Assembly: GCA_964393915.1 (NCBI GenBank) | Contig: CAYMXK010000001.1 | Coordinates: 1-47,651, forward strand | DNA: 47,651 bases | Origin: an uncultured Prolixibacteraceae bacterium | GTDB taxonomy: Bacteria; Bacteroidota; Bacteroidia; Bacteroidales; Prolixibacteraceae | Direction: 5' to 3' | Shown: positions 8,191 to 17,849 of the stretch, piece after piece | Layout of the letters: every line of letters begins with the position of its first letter | How positions within the stretch are numbered: position 1 is the first letter of the stretch | Position numbers and translations under genes: made by a program | The notes under the pieces: generated by a model | What the model was told of the DNA's origin: nothing | What the model saw: the letters and a program-made list of their open reading frames with translations, nothing else | The model's database searches: none

Positions 8191-10101
8191 ATGAAAATAA
8201 TGAAATTACTCCACCTGATTTTGTTGCTGGGAATCGCGACAACTTTTTCAGTCAATGGGAAAGAATACCACGTTTCACCAAAAGGAGACGATGCAAATGA
8301 CGGATCACCCTCCCGTCCATTTAAAACGATTATGCAGGCTGTTAAATATGCCTATCCGGGAGATGTAATTACAGTTCATTCGGGTACATACCGGGAGTGG
8401 ATCAATCCCTTGCGTGGAGGTGAAAGTGACGATAAAAGAATTGTTTACAGGGCAGCTCCCGGTGAAAAAGCCGAGATCAAAGGATCAGAAATCATTACAG
8501 GCTGGCAAAAGGAAAAAGGCGGCGTCTGGAAAGTGGTGATCCCAAACTCCTTTTTTGGTGATTATAATCCTTACAGGGATTCTATACACGGCGATTGGTT
8601 TAATAACAAGGGACGAATCCACCACACAGGCGAAGTATTTTTAAACGGCAAGTCGCTTTACGAAAAGGAAACCCTTGAAAAGGTTTTCAATCCGGTGGCC
8701 GACATAACCCTCATGGATCCGGAGGGTTCTTCCTTTACCTGGTACTGCGAAAGCAACAACAGCCACACTACCTTGTGGGCAAACTTTCACCAATACGACC
8801 CGAACAGGGAACTGGTGGAGATCAGCACCAGGCGAACCTGCTTTTATCCTGAGAAACCCGGCATCAATTATATCACCATCAGCGGTTTTCATTTCAGCCA
8901 GGCGGCCACCCAATGGGGCGCTCCCACTGCAGAGCAGGTGGGAATGATAGCAACACACTGGAACAAAGGCTGGATTATTGAAAACAACGTAATCAGCGAT
9001 TCCAAATGTTCCGGCATAACGCTTGGTAAGGAACGGGGAACGGGGCATAATACCTGGACCGCCGATAAAGAGAATGTAAACAGGGATGGAAACATCCATT
9101 ACATCGAAGTAACCTTCAATGTCCTCAGAAACAACTGGAACAAAGCAAATATTGGCTCTCATATTGTACGCAACAATACCATTTTTAATTGCGAGCAAAC
9201 CGGAATATGCGGGAGCATGGGTGCAGCATTCAGTACAATCGAAAATAACCATATCTACAACATCTGGGTAAAGAGACAATTTGACGGCTTTGAAATCGGG
9301 GGAATAAAATTTCACGCACCAGTAGATACGCAAATCAGAAAAAATCGCATACATGATTGTTATAGAGCCATATGGCTCGACTGGATGGCCCAGGGAACCC
9401 GCGTATCAGGCAACCTGCTGTACAATAACACTTCGGAAGATCTATTTATTGAGGTAAATCATGGGCCTTACGTAATCGACAACAACATCCTGCTGTCGCC
9501 CGTTGCCGTGCGCAACCAGTCGCAAGGAGGCGCATTCGTGCACAACCTGATTGCCGGAGTCATACTCACCTATCCTGAACCCAATAGATTTACCCCCTAC
9601 TTTCTGCCTCATTCCACCGACGTCCTGGCACTTACCACCATCTTGGCCGGAGATGACAGGTTTTACAATAACTTGTTTACAGGGCCTGTTGAGAATGCCA
9701 AAACAAAAAGACCAGGACATGGCCTGGAAGTATACAACGAGGTAAAACTACCTGTCTGGATGGCCGGAAATATATTTTACAACGGTGCAAAGCCTCATCA
9801 GAAGGAGCAAAACTACATTGAATCACCGGCATGGAACCCGATGGTCAGACTGGAGGAAAAAAACAACCATGTGTATCTTCATTTTACTTTCGATGAATTA
9901 TATTATAACCATAGAGGGACAATGGCAACCACCAACCTGCTGGGAATAGCCAAAATACCCAAAGCCCCGTTTGACAATCCCGACGGGACTCCGATGACAA
10001 TCGACCTTGATTATACCGGCAACCTGCGTTCTGCAGATAACATCACGGCAGGCCCGTTTATCAATGTCGCTCCCGGAAGCACAACTATGCGGGTTTGGTA
10101 A
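8191..10101 (+). CDS. Secreted GH120-like beta-xylosidase (right-handed beta-helix)
   Basis: Signal peptide. Motifs EYHVSPKGDD, GTYREWINP, QWGAPTAEQ, GWIIENN, IGSHIVRNN, IWLDWMAQGTRVS and FIEVNHGPY match my recollection of XylC-type GH120, including the acidic catalytic positions. Confidence 0.8.
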   Translation: MKIMKLLHLILLLGIATTFSVNGKEYHVSPKGDDANDGSPSRPFKTIMQAVKYAYPGDVITVHSGTYREWINPLRGGESDDKRIVYRAAPGEKAEIKGSEIITGWQKEKGGVWKVVIPNSFFGDYNPYRDSIHGDWFNNKGRIHHTGEVFLNGKSLYEKETLEKVFNPVADITLMDPEGSSFTWYCESNNSHTTLWANFHQYDPNRELVEISTRRTCFYPEKPGINYITISGFHFSQAATQWGAPTAEQVGMIATHWNKGWIIENNVISDSKCSGITLGKERGTGHNTWTADKENVNRDGNIHYIEVTFNVLRNNWNKANIGSHIVRNNTIFNCEQTGICGSMGAAFSTIENNHIYNIWVKRQFDGFEIGGIKFHAPVDTQIRKNRIHDCYRAIWLDWMAQGTRVSGNLLYNNTSEDLFIEVNHGPYVIDNNILLSPVAVRNQSQGGAFVHNLIAGVILTYPEPNRFTPYFLPHSTDVLALTTILAGDDRFYNNLFTGPVENAKTKRPGHGLEVYNEVKLPVWMAGNIFYNGAKPHQKEQNYIESPAWNPMVRLEEKNNHVYLHFTFDELYYNHRGTMATTNLLGIAKIPKAPFDNPDGTPMTIDLDYTGNLRSADNITAGPFINVAPGSTTMRVW

Positions 10102-10244
10102 TTATTCCGGCAGTTGGGGAAGGGAGTTGTGGATCACGATGAATGTGGATCTGCCGGGCCGGGACATTGGAGAAATCAGGCTTACATTTGGCCGGCAATT
10201 CTTTTTCATCTATTTTTAAAATCAAATTTTATAGCATCTGAATT

Positions 10245-11522
10245 ATGGAAAGAAGAAATTTTATCAAACAGGCCTCCCTGGGTTCCGCCGCCTTAATGGC
10301 CCCGTTTTATATTCCGGCATTTGGTCGTGAACAGAAATTAAAAGTAGGATTGATCGGCGCTGGCTGGTACGGCATGGTAATAACAAAGGCTGCTTTAAAA
10401 GTAGGCGGAGTTGAGATTATCGGAATTTGTGATGTCGACAGTGAACACCTGAACAAGGCTGCCGATGAGGTGGCCAACCTGCAGGGCACACGCCCCAAAA
10501 CCTTCAAATATTATAAGGAGTTGCTCGACATGAAAGGCCTGGAAGCTGTTTTCATTGGCACTCCGCCGCAATGGCATGCCCTCCAGTTTATTGCAGCATG
10601 TGAAAAAGGACTGGATATCTATTGCGAAAAACCGCTTGCCTACGACATCAATGAAGGACTGGCAATGGTTAAGGCAGCCCGGAAGGCCAACAATATCGTC
10701 CAGATAGGATTCCAGCGCCGCCAAAGCGGCTCCTACAAGAAAGTTAAGGAACTTATTGCTGACGGTACATTAGGAAATATCCACCAGATCGCCGCCCAGA
10801 TCCACTATACCCCCGGCATTCGGGACACCACCAAACAGGCACCTCCTGCCTCCCTCGACTGGGACGAATGGTGCGGGCCGGCTCCAATGCTCGATTACAG
10901 CCCGAACATCGGCCACATGGCCTGGAGACTTGAGAAGGAGTATGGCAACGGTCACCTTGTCGACTGGGGAATTCACCACATTGATGCCATAAGGATGATT
11001 ATGGGTGAGACAATGCCATCAGAATTTTATACCTCCGGAGGCATAATGCAACTGAAGGGTAAAATAACCACACCCGATACACTTACTGCAAATATGGCTT
11101 TCAAAAAAGCACCGGTTGTCTGGCAACACCGCCTCTGGGGAACCGGAGATACGAACCGGGAGTTTAACAACGGCATTTTCTTCCATGGAGATAAGGCCTC
11201 GCTGTTTGCTGCCGATGCCAAACTGATGTTGTTCCATGCCGGCAAGGAGGCTAAAAAAGAGGAGATACCCATACCGTCGGTACCAATGCAGGAGAATCAC
11301 ATGGAGAATTTTCTCACTGCCGTCAGAAATAAAGATAAAAACATAATAAACAGTTCCCCTGATGATGCATTCCAATCCACAGCATCCGTTCAGCTGGCCA
11401 TGATCTCCTACAATACCGGATCGCTGGTTAAATGGGACCAGACAAAGAATGAGATCATTGGCAACCCACAGGCCACCAAACTGATGGCAAGGGAATACAG
11501 GAAAAAATATATGCGGCCATAA
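10245..11522 (+). CDS. Tat-exported Gfo/Idh/MocA family oxidoreductase
   Basis: ERRNFIK signal. Motifs VGLIGAGWYG, YCEKP, QIGFQRR, LDWDEWCGPAP and DWGIHHID. Confidence 0.9.
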   Translation: MERRNFIKQASLGSAALMAPFYIPAFGREQKLKVGLIGAGWYGMVITKAALKVGGVEIIGICDVDSEHLNKAADEVANLQGTRPKTFKYYKELLDMKGLEAVFIGTPPQWHALQFIAACEKGLDIYCEKPLAYDINEGLAMVKAARKANNIVQIGFQRRQSGSYKKVKELIADGTLGNIHQIAAQIHYTPGIRDTTKQAPPASLDWDEWCGPAPMLDYSPNIGHMAWRLEKEYGNGHLVDWGIHHIDAIRMIMGETMPSEFYTSGGIMQLKGKITTPDTLTANMAFKKAPVVWQHRLWGTGDTNREFNNGIFFHGDKASLFAADAKLMLFHAGKEAKKEEIPIPSVPMQENHMENFLTAVRNKDKNIINSSPDDAFQSTASVQLAMISYNTGSLVKWDQTKNEIIGNPQATKLMAREYRKKYMRP

Positions 11523-11531
11523 AAAACGACC

Positions 11532-14456
11532 ATGATTCACCAGCAGGAATTTGAAAAACTGAAAGCTTCGATCGACGGCGATCTGTTTACCGATAACGTA
11601 CAGCGTGTCCTTTACTCCACCGATGCCTCATCTTACAGCGAAAAACCACTGGCAGTAACCAGGCCGAAGAACGCTGCCGATATTTCAAAAATACTCGCAT
11701 TTGCCCGGGTTAATGAAACATCGGTGATCCCCAGGGCTGGTGGAACCTCCCTGGCCGGACAGGTTGTGGGGTCAGGCATTGTGGTGGATGTATCCAGATA
11801 CATGAACAAAATCCTGGAGTTCAACAAGGAGGAACGCTGGGTTTGGGTGGAGCCGGGGGTTAATCCCGCAGAGCTGAACAAATGGCTGGCCCCTCACGGA
11901 TTGCAATACGGTCCCGAAACCTCCACTGCCAACCGCTGCTGCATCGGTGGCATGCTGGGCAACAACTCCTGCGGATTGCATTCGATCATCTATGGAAGTG
12001 CCAGGGAGCATGTTCTCGAAGTGGATGCCATCCTCTCCGATGGATCTGAAGTTAATTTCAAGGCACTCACCAAAGCTGAGTTTGAAGAAAAATGCAACGG
12101 GAATGACTCCTATCTCGAAACAAAAATTTACCGCAACATCCGTGATACGCTGTCCAATCCGGAAAACCAGAAGGAGATCCGCGACAACTTTCCAGACCCA
12201 AGGGTAACCCGGCGAAACATGGGCTATGCCATCGATGTGCTGCTCGAAAGCGATGTATTTACCCCCGGCGGCGAACAATTCAACTTCTGCAAATTGCTGG
12301 CAGGTTCTGAAGGAACCCTCTCATTTTCAAGCCGCATAAAACTCAACCTGATCCCCTTGCCGCCCCCTCATATCGGTTTGGTTTGCGCTCATTTCACTTC
12401 TCTTGAAGATTCGCTACATGGAAACCTGATAGCGCTTAAACACAAGCCCGGTGCGGTGGAGCTGATGGATGACATTATTCTTAACTGTACCAGGGAAAAC
12501 ATTGAGCAGAACAAGAACCGCTTTTTTGTATTGGGTGAGCCGGCAGCCTTGCTGATGATAGAATTTGCCTGTGAAACGGAAACAGAATTACATGAAAAGG
12601 CGGCTGCTGTTGAACGCGATATGCGGGCAGCCGGACTGGGCTACGCCTTTCCGCTGGTTACAGGCGCTGATAATATAAAGCGTGTTTGGGCATTACGTAC
12701 CGCCGGACTTGGGCTGCTGGCAAATATTCCCGGCGACCGCCGGGGCGTTCCCGGGGCTGAAGATACCGCTGTGGCACCCGAATTTCTACCCGAATATGTG
12801 GCCGGATTTAAAGAATTACTGAAAAAATATGGGTTAAGCAGCGTGTATTATGCCCATATTGCTACCGGTGAAATCCACTTCAGGCCTTTGCTCAATTTCA
12901 AGGACCCGGCAGATGTGGAGATTTTCCAAAACCTGATGAATGACCTCGCCGCCCTGGTAAAGAAATTCCGTGGGTCACTAAGCGGCGAGCATGGCGACGG
13001 CCGAGTCCGCGGAGAGTTTATTCCCTTTATGCTGGGTGAACGCAACTACCAGCTTATCAGAAACCTTAAATTCACCTGGGATCCTGATAATGTCATGAAT
13101 CCCGGAAAAATCGTGGACAGTCCGCCAATAACTCAGTTCCTCAGGGTAGTTCCAGGTCAGACAACCCCTCAGTTTGATACCATCTTCGATTTTTCGGCCA
13201 ACATGGGTTTCTACAGGAGCATTGAAAAATGCAACGGATCGGGCGACTGCCGCAAGTCGGAAATCATCGGAGGTACCATGTGCCCTACTTTTATGGCCAC
13301 CCGCGACGAAGACAAAACCACCCGGGGCAGGGCCAATATCCTGCGCGAATTCCTTGCCGCGCCAGGTGGTAAGAACTCATTCGACAAACAGGAAATTTAC
13401 GACATCCTCGACCTCTGCATCTCCTGTAAAGCCTGCAAAGCCGAATGTCCTTCGAATGTGGACATGGCCAAGATGAAAGCGGAATTCATGCAGCATTACT
13501 ATGACACGCACGGGATCCCCCTCAGAAGCCGGCTGGTGGCTTACCTCCCGCGGCTCGAGAAATTAGCCATGCCGGTGCAGCCGATAGCCAATGCAGTGAT
13601 GTCGACAAAGCTTTTCAGAAAAGCCCTTGGATTTACCACCAAAAGGCCTTTGCCTGCCTTGTCGGGGCTAACCCTTAACAAATGGTACGGAAACGGCGCG
13701 GCGCTTAACAGCAATAATCCGGGCATGCGGGTATACCTTTTCAACGATGAGTTTACCAATTTCCACGAAAGCGACATCGGCATTAAGGCGATACTGCTGC
13801 TCAGTAAGTTAGGCTACGAAGTGCGCATTCCCCAACATAAAGAGAGCGCCCGTACCTGGTTGTCGAAAGGACTGGTCAGAACGGCGAAGAAAATTGCCAC
13901 AGCAAACGTCTTGCTGCTTAAGGACCTTATCAATGACGAAACCCCACTGATTGGAATCGAGCCCTCGGCTATTCTGGCCTTCAGGGATGAGTATCCCGAC
14001 CTTGTGGAGGAAGGACTGCGTCCTGCATCAAAGGAGTTGGCGAAAAATGCCCTTCTTTTCGAAGAGTTTTTCGTCAGGGAAATGGGAAAGGGCCACATCA
14101 GCAATAAGGCATTTACTGATGAAAAGAAAGAGATACTCCTACATGGCCACTGTCAGCAAAAAGCGGTGGCATCTACCCTACCCACCCGTCAGATGCTTTC
14201 ATTTCCTGACAATTACAGTGTCAAGGAAATACCATCAGGATGCTGTGGCATGGCTGGATCTTTTGGCTATGAGGCCGAGCACTTCGACCTTTCAATGAAA
14301 ATCGGTGAAATGGTGTTGTTCCCGGCAGTTAAGAATGCTGCTGAAAATACGCTGATCACCGCTCCCGGAACCTCGTGCAGGCACCACATCAAGGATGGTA
14401 CCGGACGAGAGGCCAAACACCCTGTTGAAATATTATATGAGGCACTGGCCATTTAG
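11532..14456 (+). CDS. FAD-linked, Fe-S-containing 2-hydroxyacid oxidoreductase (YdiJ/GlcD-GlcF fusion type)
   Basis: Motifs YSTDAS, PRAGGTSLAGQ, GSEGTL, SGEHGDG, MNPGKI, CNGSGDC, MCPTF, CISCKACKAECP, HGHCQQK and CCGMAGSFG. Confidence 0.88.
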   Translation: MIHQQEFEKLKASIDGDLFTDNVQRVLYSTDASSYSEKPLAVTRPKNAADISKILAFARVNETSVIPRAGGTSLAGQVVGSGIVVDVSRYMNKILEFNKEERWVWVEPGVNPAELNKWLAPHGLQYGPETSTANRCCIGGMLGNNSCGLHSIIYGSAREHVLEVDAILSDGSEVNFKALTKAEFEEKCNGNDSYLETKIYRNIRDTLSNPENQKEIRDNFPDPRVTRRNMGYAIDVLLESDVFTPGGEQFNFCKLLAGSEGTLSFSSRIKLNLIPLPPPHIGLVCAHFTSLEDSLHGNLIALKHKPGAVELMDDIILNCTRENIEQNKNRFFVLGEPAALLMIEFACETETELHEKAAAVERDMRAAGLGYAFPLVTGADNIKRVWALRTAGLGLLANIPGDRRGVPGAEDTAVAPEFLPEYVAGFKELLKKYGLSSVYYAHIATGEIHFRPLLNFKDPADVEIFQNLMNDLAALVKKFRGSLSGEHGDGRVRGEFIPFMLGERNYQLIRNLKFTWDPDNVMNPGKIVDSPPITQFLRVVPGQTTPQFDTIFDFSANMGFYRSIEKCNGSGDCRKSEIIGGTMCPTFMATRDEDKTTRGRANILREFLAAPGGKNSFDKQEIYDILDLCISCKACKAECPSNVDMAKMKAEFMQHYYDTHGIPLRSRLVAYLPRLEKLAMPVQPIANAVMSTKLFRKALGFTTKRPLPALSGLTLNKWYGNGAALNSNNPGMRVYLFNDEFTNFHESDIGIKAILLLSKLGYEVRIPQHKESARTWLSKGLVRTAKKIATANVLLLKDLINDETPLIGIEPSAILAFRDEYPDLVEEGLRPASKELAKNALLFEEFFVREMGKGHISNKAFTDEKKEILLHGHCQQKAVASTLPTRQMLSFPDNYSVKEIPSGCCGMAGSFGYEAEHFDLSMKIGEMVLFPAVKNAAENTLITAPGTSCRHHIKDGTGREAKHPVEILYEALAI

Positions 14457-14505
14457 TTGGCTGATTTTAGAAACGCATTTTTAAATATCCGGGTATCCAT
14501 TGTTA

Positions 14506-15597
14506 ATGGCAAATAGAAGAAGAAATGACCAATCAGCAAGGTTTCGAGTCAGGTGGCTGGTAATTCCTGTACTTGCTCTCGCGACCTTTGGTCTCACCGA
14601 ATTTCTTGCAGTCAGACCGCATCTTGTTGAAAAATACTATTCCTACGGTTTGTACCCACTGATTGCCAAAATATTATCTCCGATTAGCAACCTTGCTCCT
14701 TTTTCATTCAGTGACCTTTTCTATGCGATGCTGATCGTGACTGTGCCCGTGGCGATTCTGCTGGCCACCATCAAAAGAATTACCTATGGTAAAATGTGGC
14801 GTACCCTGCTTAATTTGTGTGCCGGTGCATATCTTTTATTCTATTGGCTTTGGGGCTTTAACTACTACCGGCAATCATCCGGTGAGCGCCTCGGCATAGA
14901 GAAATCTAAGGCCAATCCGGAAGAGTTTATGAAGGTTTTCGTATCGCTGATTGAGCAGGCAAATACCTACAGAACATCCGTCGATGCCAATTTCGGAATG
15001 CAACAGCTTGATTCATTAACAGAAGCAGCCTATGCGCAGCATGCCGGATTCTTACAGATTAAGTATCCTATGGGATTGCGCCGTCCGAAACACATCACCC
15101 TTGCCGGTTTCTTTGCAAAAGCAGGAATATCAGGATATTACGGACCTTTTTTTAACGAGGTCCATATAAATCCCCACGCGCACCCTCTGGAATTGCCTGT
15201 CATCGTAGCCCATGAAAAAGCACACCAGCTGGGAATTACCAGCGAAGCCGAAGCAAGTTTCTATGCCTGGTTTGTATGTAGTCACAGCCACTCTGAATTG
15301 CTACGTTACAGCGCAGCCTTGTATATTATTCGCTATTTCCTCCACCATGGAAACAGATTGGATGGATTTAATGCGACGGTGGCGCATATATCAGAACCCG
15401 TTCGAAACGATCTGCGTGCCATTAGGGACAATTGGCTTGCCTTGCGCAATGAAAAAATCGACCGGGCTGCATCAAAAGCCAACGATGCTTATCTGAAAAC
15501 CAACAAAATAACTGCAGGAATTGCTGATTACAGAGGTGTTGTGGCCCTGGTAATGGATTTCAAAACCGATAGTGTATCACAACAGGGTGTGAAATAA
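14506..15597 (+). CDS. DUF3810-like membrane protein with HExxH motif
   Basis: Three N-terminal TM segments, WGFNYYR, GISGYYGPFFNE, AHEKAHQLG...EAEA and NDAYLKTN. ATG at 14506 preferred over TTG at 14500. Confidence 0.8.
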   Translation: MANRRRNDQSARFRVRWLVIPVLALATFGLTEFLAVRPHLVEKYYSYGLYPLIAKILSPISNLAPFSFSDLFYAMLIVTVPVAILLATIKRITYGKMWRTLLNLCAGAYLLFYWLWGFNYYRQSSGERLGIEKSKANPEEFMKVFVSLIEQANTYRTSVDANFGMQQLDSLTEAAYAQHAGFLQIKYPMGLRRPKHITLAGFFAKAGISGYYGPFFNEVHINPHAHPLELPVIVAHEKAHQLGITSEAEASFYAWFVCSHSHSELLRYSAALYIIRYFLHHGNRLDGFNATVAHISEPVRNDLRAIRDNWLALRNEKIDRAASKANDAYLKTNKITAGIADYRGVVALVMDFKTDSVSQQGVK

Positions 15598-15651
15598 TTC
15601 TGACTTACACTGTTGGAGGAGATCAATTTTTACTTTTTTTCTGGTCTGAAC

Positions 15652-15678
15652 GCAACCTGACAATTAATTTTATCGTCT
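15652..15678 (+). promoter_or_regulatory. Candidate ECF-sigma promoter
   Basis: GCAACC-N16-CGTCT about 40 bp upstream of the T9SS gene. Confidence 0.55.
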
Positions 15679-15718
15679 ACATTTATAGCTCTATACTTGA
15701 CACTTAAACGATAAAATT

Positions 15719-17761
15719 ATGAAACGGAAAAGTTTACTTTCAATTGTTATTTTACTCTCCTACATAGGTATTTCCGCACAAACGGAATGTCAGGTAAATA
15801 TAACCTCCGCAATGAACAAAAGCCTTCCGCCTTCATATACCTTCACTTCGGATTTTGAAGGCAAGGATGTCAAATATTACTGGTATTTCAGCGATGAAAC
15901 CAAATACGAAGAGCCATCTCCCACCCATACTTTCAAATATTCCGGCAACTATACTGTATCGCTCAAGATACTGGATCAGAACGGAAAGGTGTGTTATGGG
16001 AGAACCGCTGGTTTTTTCGAAGGCAAAGATACCCTCAGCATTTCGAATACAATATACTACGCAAAAGGCTGGGTAAAGGATATGTCATCCATTGCCGGGT
16101 GCGGATTAACAATTGTGCTTGAAGACGGGAAAAGCCTGATGCCTTTGGAAATGTTAACCAAGTTTGAATTAAAGGAAGGACAACAGGTAAGCATTGCCTA
16201 TGAAATACTGGGAAACATCATGACCATATGTATGGCAGGCACTCCGGTGAAGATTCACAAAATTGAGCAAATCTCTGCACCTGGTCCCGCATACATGGAG
16301 GCGAAAGGTGTGGTAACAGATCTTTCAAAGGTCCAGGGTTGCGGTTTGGTGATAGCTATTGACAGTGCTACGATGCTGGTTCCGGTAGAAATCGTTCCCG
16401 ATTTCAAGCTTGAGGCAGGTCAGACCGTTCATATTGTCTATGAAATCCTATACAATGTCAAGCTTTCATGCGGCGTCGGACAGGCGGTTAAAATCCACAG
16501 GATACAAACCGTAAGTACCAACTCCCCCACCATTCTGTCGGGAAAAGGCAGAGTGAAGGATATGTCTGAAATGGCTGGTTGCGGCATGGTTATTTACCTT
16601 GAAACCGGCCGGACACTGATTCCGTTGGAAGTTGTTCCCAATTTTGTATTGAAAGACGGTCAATATATTGAGCTGGCCTTTGAGGTTTTGGAAGGATATG
16701 CTTCGGCATGCGATATGGGAACTGTTGTGCGTATCCACAAAGTGGCTGAAATTGCCCCCATCGATCCCGGCTGTGCTTTTGATCCGGTTTTCAAACTGGT
16801 CGATGCTTCTAAGATGACTTATCAGTTCTGGGTAAAAACCAACAGTAAAGTGGAGCAATGGTTCTGGGAATTTGGAGATGGCAACAGCAGCAGTGAGGCC
16901 GAACCGAAACATTCCTATGAAAATGCCGGAGTTTATACCGTTGTATGCACTATCGTTACTGCCGATGAATGTAAAACATCCAAACGGTTGGTTCTGGTTA
17001 TTGAAAAACCCGGCCTTCCTGCCTGTCCGGGTGCCCTGAGCCTGCTCCTCTTTGATCCTACTGCAGGCAATTGCGACGGTAAGGCAATTGCCACCCTGAT
17101 TGACTCAACTGGTTCTGAACTCAAAGACGTGTTCTATCAATGGTCAAATGGTGAGAAAGGCAATATAGCCGGCGGCCTCTGTGCCGATAAGCCATATTAC
17201 CTCTACGCCCTCATAGATGGCGTGTGCCAGAAAAACACTTCTTTTACATTTCTTTCAAAACCCACCTGGAGGGTAACCGCTACAGATGGCAAATATACCT
17301 TCAATGTGACCAATCCCATCGATGGAATGACTTACTTATGGGATTTTGGTGATGGTTTCATTGCCTATGGTACTTCAGTTACCTATGATTACGACAGGGA
17401 AGGAACCTACAATGTGCGCCTTACTGCCATTATGGGGGAAACATCCAAGGGGACAGAACAGGCCTTCAGTACAGAAAAAACTTTAACCAACCTGCCGCTG
17501 CTAACGAATCCGGAATGGAAAGTGTACCCGAATCCGGCCAGGGATATTGTTTATATCGATCCGGTCGCTGACATTCAAGGTACATTCCGGATTGACATTA
17601 TCGACATTCAGGGCAAAAGGATGATGCAACAGCAACTTGAATCAGCAGGCAACACGAACAGAATCCATATTGGCCACCTTCCGGCAGGTATGTATTTTCT
17701 AAAACTGGCTTCTGAAAACAGGAGCTGGCCGGCCGTTAAATTACTGGTTTCCGGACAGTAG
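15719..17761 (+). CDS. T9SS-secreted protein with PKD domains and three 80-aa Cys-containing repeats
   Basis: Signal peptide, PKD motifs (WYFSD, WEFGDG...P.HSY...GVYTV, WDFGDG) and a C-terminal sorting domain VYPNPA...IIDIQGK...LPAGMYFLKL. Confidence 0.85.
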   Translation: MKRKSLLSIVILLSYIGISAQTECQVNITSAMNKSLPPSYTFTSDFEGKDVKYYWYFSDETKYEEPSPTHTFKYSGNYTVSLKILDQNGKVCYGRTAGFFEGKDTLSISNTIYYAKGWVKDMSSIAGCGLTIVLEDGKSLMPLEMLTKFELKEGQQVSIAYEILGNIMTICMAGTPVKIHKIEQISAPGPAYMEAKGVVTDLSKVQGCGLVIAIDSATMLVPVEIVPDFKLEAGQTVHIVYEILYNVKLSCGVGQAVKIHRIQTVSTNSPTILSGKGRVKDMSEMAGCGMVIYLETGRTLIPLEVVPNFVLKDGQYIELAFEVLEGYASACDMGTVVRIHKVAEIAPIDPGCAFDPVFKLVDASKMTYQFWVKTNSKVEQWFWEFGDGNSSSEAEPKHSYENAGVYTVVCTIVTADECKTSKRLVLVIEKPGLPACPGALSLLLFDPTAGNCDGKAIATLIDSTGSELKDVFYQWSNGEKGNIAGGLCADKPYYLYALIDGVCQKNTSFTFLSKPTWRVTATDGKYTFNVTNPIDGMTYLWDFGDGFIAYGTSVTYDYDREGTYNVRLTAIMGETSKGTEQAFSTEKTLTNLPLLTNPEWKVYPNPARDIVYIDPVADIQGTFRIDIIDIQGKRMMQQQLESAGNTNRIHIGHLPAGMYFLKLASENRSWPAVKLLVSGQ

Positions 17762-17849
17762 CCATTTTTTTAAAACCCTGATAATTTATATTGTTTCTTC
17801 ATTTTCATCGCTCTATATTTGGCCTTTCTCAAAATCCAAATATTGACTG

